From: Acidobacteriota bacterium
GTDB taxonomy: Bacteria; Acidobacteriota; UBA890; WLXD01
Assembly: GCA_965197275.1 (NCBI GenBank)
Contig: CBDAMQ010000020.1
Span: 47,695-111,694 of the forward strand
DNA length: 64,000 nucleotides
Direction: 5' to 3'
The notes under the pieces were generated by a model. It saw only the letters and a program-made list of their open reading frames with translations. It made no database searches and was not told where the DNA came from. The position numbers and the translations under genes are program-made. This document shows positions 58,110 to 64,000 of the stretch, in pieces (position 1 is the stretch's first letter; every line of letters begins with the position of its first letter).

Positions 58110-58995
58110 GCCGCCGAAGCCCTCGACGCCGTTGCTCCATGGCCTGATCGAGGATCGCGCAGCGTGACGAATCGTCCGTCAGAGAATCGCTCACCGTCCT
58201 CGGTCGATGATACGACCGCGATGCACAGATCCGTCAGCGCGAGCCAGGTATAGCACATCCTCCCTGCGATCCACAGGTATGGCAGGTCGGCCCAGTTACC
58301 GGACGCTGTCCACGTCTGCGTCGATTCCGTGATCCTCGCAGTGCCGGTGCGTTGGGGAATCGGCGCTGACCGCCCAGGCGCGCGAGCCGTCCTCGTCACG
58401 CGCAACCGACGGCGATGGCTAGCTCGCTGTCCATCCTGCGAACGGCATCGGCTTGAAGTAGTACTCGCCGTTGCGACAGCAGCGGATCTCTCGTTGCCGA
58501 ACCCGTTGCGTGTGGATACGCGGCCATTGCGTAACGGTCGCGGCTCTCTCCGAATGCAGCTCTGATCTGCACACGTAGATGGCGATCTTCTCTCGTTGTC
58601 GGGATCGAGCCGCCGTCACCCGACCGCTCGTCCTAACCGCCGTGAGATCACCTCGAACGCGGCTTGCACAATCGTCGCACCGGGAACTGTGCAGCACAGT
58701 TGCTTGATGATCCTGAAGGTACTTCGTCGTCCGGACCGTTCCGACGAAGATCGCCAACGCTTTTTGAGGCGGATCGCGCTCCTGCGCGTCACTCGCCGCA
58801 TCCGTCCCGCCATGGCTGTTGCCCGTAGACGGTCGCTAGCAGCTCGGGCATCTTCACCAGAGCCCGGAAACGCCGGTGACCCCATGCTCCTGAAGCCGAA
58901 CACGGCACTTGGTCAGGCATTCCTGCGTCGTACACCGAGACTCGCCGGGCTCGACCTCAGACACTCGGTGATGTAGCAGTTGCCTGCGGTGGCGT
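58110..58995. repeat. Insertion-riddled second copy of 56829-57546
   Basis: Collinear shared words throughout (GCCGCCGAAGCCCTCGACGCCGTTG, AACGGCATCGGCTTGAAGTAGTACTCGCCGTTG, ACTCGGTGATGTAGCAGTTGCCTGCGGTGGCGT); 886 bp versus 718 bp. Confidence 0.9.
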
Positions 58996-60496
58996 CACCA
59001 TCCTCGGCTGCCTCAATCTTCCACTCGTCGAGGGTACCGGCGTCGTGACCACACCGCTTCACCTCCGGCAGGCCCTTTATCGAGCTTCCAAAGGTGTCCG
59101 GAAATCGGCGTTCGTACACCAGCCGCTTGACCGGGTTGGGGAACGTGTAGGTCGCCCAGACCTTCTCGCCGGTGTTGACGTCGACGGCGACGACGCTGCC
59201 CTGGAACTTGCAGCATCCATACTCGAGCGCCATGCCCGGCATTTCCTCCCACGAGGCGACGCCGACATATAGATGTCCACCGGGCGACGGATCGAGCGTT
59301 GGCGGCCCGGTCATCTTCGATGCCGGATGCTCCTCGGGGCGCATGCTCCACAGCTTCTCGCCGGTCTCGGCATTGACGGCGCTGACGTAGCCCATGTAGT
59401 CGCCGAACATGGCCGCGTAGCGTACTCCCGGCACGTCGACCGCACCGATGCTGACCGCGGTGGCGCACCTGTCCAGGCGCCTCAAACGACCAGTGCACGC
59501 AACCCGTCTTGGCATCGAGCGCATAGACGAAGTTGTTGTCGCTACCGATGAACAGTGCCCCACCGACGACGGTGGGTTGCGCCCAGGCAGCCGAGGCGGC
59601 GCCCGGGAACGCGAACGCCCACTTGAGCTCCAGCTCTGCGAGCTGGGCGCCGGTGAGACCGGCGGCCTCGGGCGGCTGGTAGCGGTAGGACCGCGTCGGG
59701 TCGGGACTCCAACCGTTCCAGCCTGGCTGCGCGAACGGATCATCGAGCCGGAGCGGGCTGGGGCACGGGTTGCTCATCGCATCAGCGGTGCGATCGGCGA
59801 CGCCGCCGAACGGCTTACCGCTCGCCAGCTCAGCCATGGCCCGTAGCTGGTCCTCGTCGAATCCCGGCACGAACTCGGCCATCGGACCGGTTTTGAGCGC
59901 CGCCAGCACGCGCTCCGGATCCATGCTGCGCAGTGCGGCTCGGCTCGGGGCGCGCTGGTCGGGATCGTTGCTCTCGTGACAGTTGATACAGAACCACTCG
60001 AAGTACGGGACCATGCCGGCCATCGATGCGTCGCCCGGGCGCCGGAACTCTTCCTGTGGCAGCTCGCTCGCGGCCGGCGGCGCGGCAGCGGCGGAAGGGA
60101 CTGTGTACAGGGCCAGGGCGATGGCACCGGCAACCGCCACCACGGCGCTCAAAGACATCAAGGCGCGTTTGAACATGACCGTCACTCCTTCCGGATAACC
60201 AGATCTCGCTACCGGGGGCAGCGGGCGCGTGTTAGCGACGCTCCGGCAGGGCGACAAGGAGCCCGAGACAGGTGGTCGCAACACTGGGACTGGCGGCGGC
60301 CGCAGTTGACCGTAGGGTTAGAGCCACCATCGGACCGGGGCAACACCGGTCAAGGTGCGGATCTTACTCTGGATCAGGATCCCCGAACGTGCCACCCCTC
60401 CGAGAGGCCTTTAGGCCCGGCGGCCACGCACCCACGCGAGAGCGACCCGAATCGTGCAAGTCTCATCGCCCCACCGAGTCGAACTGCCATCCGACG

Positions 60497-61669
60497 ATGG
60501 CCGGTCGGGAACCCTTCGGGATCGCCTCGCGGGAATTGGGTTGGGCGGTTGCGAGCACGGCTCTGTGCTTGTTGATCGCTGAGGCGTCCGCGCGTGCCCT
60601 CGTGGTCGCAGACCAGTTCTATGTCTGGCCCCCGAACATCGAGATCACCTACGAGCCGGACCCGGGGGTGATCACCGGCGTGCACGACCGGTCGATTCTG
60701 AGGACCAACAGCCTCGGGATGCGATCCGACGAGATCCCGGATGACGACGGTGCGTACCGCATCCTCGCCGTGGGCGGGTCCACGACCGAGTGCAGCTTTC
60801 TCGACCAGGCGGAAGCTTGGCCGCAGTTGATGCAGGAGTCGTTGAGCGTCGGAATCCGCGGTCAGACTTGGGTCGGCAACCTGGGGGCATCGGGAAGAAA
60901 CAGCCGCGACCACGTCCTTCAGCTGAAGCACCTGCTGCCGCGTTTGCCGCGTATCGACGCCATCGTCGTTCTCGCCGGCGTCAACGACCTGAGCCTGCGA
61001 CTCAAGCGTGACATCGACTACGACCCGAAGTACATGCAGCGACCGGGCGCAGCGACGCTGCAACTGGGACATGCCTTCTGGCGCGTGCCTTTCGACTACG
61101 AAGCTGCAGTTTACAAGCGTACGGTCCTGTACCACCTGGCGCGAGAGTTGAAGAACTCCGTGCGGTCACGGCTGACGGCTGCCACCTACATCGACGGGGC
61201 CGGCCGCATGTACGAGCGTTGGCGCGCCCACCGCCGTGACGCTGTCGAGATTCGCGATCGGCTGCCTGAGATGGCAACCGCGTTGGCAGAGTACGAGGAC
61301 AATATCGATGCGATCGTCGACCTCGCCCAGGGCCACGGAGCGCTCCTGCTACTGGTCACCCAGCCGTCAGCCTGGCGGCCAGACATGACGGCGGCAGAAC
61401 AAGGGCTGCTGTGGCTTGGTGGCGTGGGCCAATATCAGGAGCTTCCCGGTAGGCCGTACTACTCGGTCGAAGCACTGGCCGAAGGCATGCAGGCCTACAA
61501 TGACGTTCTCCTTGACACCTGCCGCCGGCGCGGCGTCGAATGCATCGATCTCGCTGCCGAGTTGCCGCGCGACTCGACAACGTTTTTCGATGACGTTCAC
61601 TTTACCGAGGCCGGATCGGCGCACGTAGGCCGCCTGGTCGCGGCCCACCTGAGCCAGCTCGTTTTCTGA
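60497..61669 (+). CDS. SGNH/GDSL hydrolase family protein, membrane anchored
   Basis: TM helix, NSLGMR, ILAVGGSTT (block I), NLGASG (block II), GVND (block III), DDVHF (block V). Confidence 0.88.
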   Translation: MAGREPFGIASRELGWAVASTALCLLIAEASARALVVADQFYVWPPNIEITYEPDPGVITGVHDRSILRTNSLGMRSDEIPDDDGAYRILAVGGSTTECSFLDQAEAWPQLMQESLSVGIRGQTWVGNLGASGRNSRDHVLQLKHLLPRLPRIDAIVVLAGVNDLSLRLKRDIDYDPKYMQRPGAATLQLGHAFWRVPFDYEAAVYKRTVLYHLARELKNSVRSRLTAATYIDGAGRMYERWRAHRRDAVEIRDRLPEMATALAEYEDNIDAIVDLAQGHGALLLLVTQPSAWRPDMTAAEQGLLWLGGVGQYQELPGRPYYSVEALAEGMQAYNDVLLDTCRRRGVECIDLAAELPRDSTTFFDDVHFTEAGSAHVGRLVAAHLSQLVF

Positions 61670-61705
61670 GCCGGCGTGGATGCACACTCTCGAGCCGGAG
61701 TTGGG

Positions 61706-63097
61706 ATGTCCGCTCGGCACCGTTCGTATTGGCTCCAGGAGGTGGCCGGGGACGCTCCCGACGCTCCGACGCTTCGTGGTCCGGTTACGGCAGATGTGGC
61801 GATCATCGGGGGTGGCTACGTCGGCCTCTGGACGGCCATCCGGATCAAGGAAGCCGAGCCGCAATGCCGGGTCACCATCCTCGAGCAGGATATCTGTGGC
61901 GGTGGAGCATCGGGCCGCAACGGCGGGTTCGTTCTTTCCTGGTGGCCGAAGGTCGCCTCGCTCAGCAAGATCGTCGGAGACGACGAGGCGATTCAGGTAG
62001 CGCGCAAGTCTGAGGAGGCGATCACCGAGATCGGCGCCTTCTGCGACGCTCACGCCATCGACGCCGATTTCCGCCAGGGCGGGTGGCTGTGGGCGGCCAC
62101 GAGCGAGGCCCAGCGCGGAGCCTGGAACGGCCTGCTCGATCTCTGCGCCCGGCACGGAATCGATGCCTTCCGACGTCTGGACCGCACGGAGGTCGGCAGC
62201 CGTAGCGGCTCCACCGTGCATCGCGAGGGCGTGTTCGAAACCAGCGCCGCCATCGTCCAGCCAGCGGCGCTGGCGCGCGGGCTGCGGCGCGTTGCGCTGG
62301 AGCGGGGCGTTCAGATCTACGAGCACACCGCGATGCGTACCTTCTCGCGACAGTGCCCGGTCACCGTTCGCTGCGATGCCGGAACGCTGACCGCCGACAC
62401 GATGGTAATTGCCACCAACGCGTGGGCAGCGCGGATTCCCGAGCTCGCGCGTGCCATCGTGGTGGTCTCCAGCGACATCGTCGCCACCGCGCCGATCCCG
62501 GAGGAGCTCGATCGCATCGGTTGGGAACGCGATCTGGCGATCACCGATTCACAGACGATGGTCGATTACTATCGCACCAGCCGAGACGGGCGCATCGTGT
62601 TCGGCAAGGGCGGCAGCACCGTCGGTTACGGTGGCAACGTCGGCCCGGCGTTCGATCGGAATACCCGCCGGGCGCGTGAGGTGGAGGCCGATTTCCGTCG
62701 CTACTACCCGTCGCTCGACCACGTGCCGATCACTCATGATTGGTGCGGACCGATCGATCGGACGCCGAACAGTGTGCCGCTGCTCGGCCACCTCGCCGGC
62801 CTCGAGCACATCGTCTACGGGATCGGCTGGAGCGGCAACGGCGTAGGTCCGAGCGTCATCGGCGGCAAGATCCTCGCCAGCCTGGCGCTACGAAGACGCG
62901 ACGACTGGGGCACGCACCCTCTGGTGGATCGGCCGGTTGCGGGGTTTCCTCCGGAGCCGATCCGCTTCGTGGGAGCGCACGTCGTCCGAGCCGCCGTGGC
63001 CCACAAGGAACGTGCCGAGATTCGGGACCGCAAACCACCATGGCTGGCGGTGAAGCTGTCGACGCTGGCGCCATCCGGGCTCGAAGACAAGGAGTGA
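61706..63097 (+). CDS. FAD-dependent oxidoreductase (DAO/PuuB-like)
   Basis: SYWL, DVAIIGGGYVGLWTA, GASGRNGG, VQPAALARGL, ATNAW, GWSGNGVG. Confidence 0.9.
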   Translation: MSARHRSYWLQEVAGDAPDAPTLRGPVTADVAIIGGGYVGLWTAIRIKEAEPQCRVTILEQDICGGGASGRNGGFVLSWWPKVASLSKIVGDDEAIQVARKSEEAITEIGAFCDAHAIDADFRQGGWLWAATSEAQRGAWNGLLDLCARHGIDAFRRLDRTEVGSRSGSTVHREGVFETSAAIVQPAALARGLRRVALERGVQIYEHTAMRTFSRQCPVTVRCDAGTLTADTMVIATNAWAARIPELARAIVVVSSDIVATAPIPEELDRIGWERDLAITDSQTMVDYYRTSRDGRIVFGKGGSTVGYGGNVGPAFDRNTRRAREVEADFRRYYPSLDHVPITHDWCGPIDRTPNSVPLLGHLAGLEHIVYGIGWSGNGVGPSVIGGKILASLALRRRDDWGTHPLVDRPVAGFPPEPIRFVGAHVVRAAVAHKERAEIRDRKPPWLAVKLSTLAPSGLEDKE

Positions 63098-63163
63098 GCG
63101 ACGTGGAGGCGACGTCGCTGTGGCCGAGAATCTCGAGAACCGATTTCGTCCCCCGACTCGGCG

Positions 63164-64000
63164 CTACTTCGTCCTGAGCAGGCGGACCAGCCGGACGCCG
63201 TACATCGGTATTTCCAGTGACATTCGGAGCTCCTTGCCGAACCCGAGGCGCGTTTCGGGGGCACTGAGCTCGGCTCCCGAGGAGCCCAGCGTGTGCAGGT
63301 TGGCGTGATCGCGGTCGATCGACCAGGTCTCGATCGTATAGCGCTTGAACGGCAGCTTGTCGAATGTCAGATCGACGTTCCGGGTCATGCCCCACTTCGG
63401 CTTGCGGTACGGCAGGTCCGGGTCGGAGACGTCGAGTTTCCGCTCTAGGGGTTCGTTGTAGGTAAGCAGGACCGAGACCTCGTCCTGCCGCCGTCGGCCG
63501 GCCACGGCGATAACGCGGGGATCGTTGCTGTCGACGGCAAGCCGGCGAGCATCGTGCAACATCGAGAACAGGCGCAGCGCGTTGTAGCTCGTGTTGGCGA
63601 CCGCCACGCCCTTCTTCATCACCAACAGGTTGGAGCCTGCCACACCGAGGCGACCCGGTAGGCCGAGCGCCTCGGCCACTTCACCGGCGGAGAGCTGGAA
63701 GTACGTCTGTCCCATTTCGTTGTCGAGCACGCGGACCAGGCCCACGACGGCGTGCGAGGCGTTGATATGGCTTTCCTTGAGACCCTTGGCCAGGGATCCC
63801 GCATCGATGTTCAGGTTCCACTCGGTCATCCATACGGGCACATCCTCGAAACCGTTGGCAGCAAGAGCTGCGCGCGCCATCGCCACACCGCGGTCCCAGA
63901 TGCCGAAATTGGCGTCGTAGATATGCACCGAGGCGAAGTGGAGGGGACTGCCGGTGGCGGCCAGCTCGCCGAGGAAGTCGGTCCACCATGACTCATCGTT
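63164..64000 (-). CDS. Glycoside hydrolase family 39-like protein (5' end outside window)
   Basis: PLHFASVHIYD, VPVWMTEWN nucleophile motif, YNALRLF, IDRDHAN C-terminal motif. Confidence 0.65.
   Translation of the reverse strand, partial: NDESWWTDFLGELAATGSPLHFASVHIYDANFGIWDRGVAMARAALAANGFEDVPVWMTEWNLNIDAGSLAKGLKESHINASHAVVGLVRVLDNEMGQTYFQLSAGEVAEALGLPGRLGVAGSNLLVMKKGVAVANTSYNALRLFSMLHDARRLAVDSNDPRVIAVAGRRRQDEVSVLLTYNEPLERKLDVSDPDLPYRKPKWGMTRNVDLTFDKLPFKRYTIETWSIDRDHANLHTLGSSGAELSAPETRLGFGKELRMSLEIPMYGVRLVRLLRTK

Larger units (their letters stand above)
57641..59118 (-). mobile_element. IS3-family insertion sequence (1478 bp; interior scrambled)
   Basis: Ends TG...CA; IRs TGACCTTGCCCCGCTTTCCGGACAC (57641-57665) and GTGTCCGGAAATCGGCGTTCGTACA (59094-59118); CCA at 57638-57640 and 59119-59121; OrfB motifs [36 protein letters not shown]..RMH; OrfA remnants EWKIEAA and LKK/ALAIF. 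Confidence 0.9.
56715..60176 (-). pseudogene. Heme c / PQQ quinohemoprotein dehydrogenase (polyvinyl-alcohol dehydrogenase-like), split by IS3 and carrying frameshifts
   Basis: ATG at 60176 with AAGGAG RBS; signal peptide, CINCH heme motif, LKWAFAFP, YALDAKTGCVHW, vicinal CC (GCCKFQG), GAAVWNAPTLD, C-terminal GNVLLAFG. Frame breaks near 59465, 57552 and 57030-57110; removing the IS restores ...VKRLGTNAAG in frame. Confidence 0.85.

Noticed and set aside
56829-58995. Diversity-generating retroelement template/variable repeat pair
   Set aside because: Differences are mainly small insertions rather than adenine-specific substitutions, the repeat is over 700 bp, there is no reverse transcriptase in the window, and the inserted bases match IS3.
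57030-59470. Programmed frameshifting in the PQQ dehydrogenase
   Set aside because: Frame breaks cluster around the scrambled IS region and lack clear slippery sites; sequence error or decay is more parsimonious.
1-64000. CRISPR array, rRNA, prophage or defence system
   Set aside because: No regularly spaced repeats, rRNA-like segments, phage genes or recognisable defence domains were seen.

Overview
High-GC bacterial chromosomal segment, most consistent with Acidobacteriota (inferred from gene order and LexA/ClpC sequence style). Bases 1-52.8 kb are mostly minus-strand core genome: xerD, dtd, murJ, rpsT, holA-lptE-leuS-nusB-ribH-mltG-ruvX, lexA, a sugar kinase/nucleotidyltransferase cluster, the lpx/fabZ/bamA, clpC, lolCDE, lysS and fab/plsX/rpmF blocks, trxA, two acyl-CoA dehydrogenases, ihf/hup-rpsA-cmk-rluB-scpBA, uvrCB, coaD-rsmD-recG and smc. 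After tRNA-Thr(CGT) at 53020 comes an accessory region: an LVIVD-type protein, an M28 peptidase, a heme-c/PQQ dehydrogenase split by a 1478-bp IS3-family element (25-bp imperfect IRs, CCA target duplication), an SGNH hydrolase, an FAD oxidoreductase and a GH39-like partial gene. The most unusual signals are: (i) the IS interior is an interleaving of transposase sequence with a second copy of the host gene's 3' half, probably a consensus artefact from a polymorphic insertion; (ii) LexA lacks the catalytic Lys; (iii) Smc has short arms and a degenerate hinge; (iv) an acyl-CoA dehydrogenase pair has one catalytic and one apparently non-catalytic member; (v) the lysS 3' end abruptly switches to AT-rich codons; (vi) LeuRS has an extra inserted domain and RMSKS; (vii) two structured-RNA candidates. 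I found no clearly new multi-gene system.
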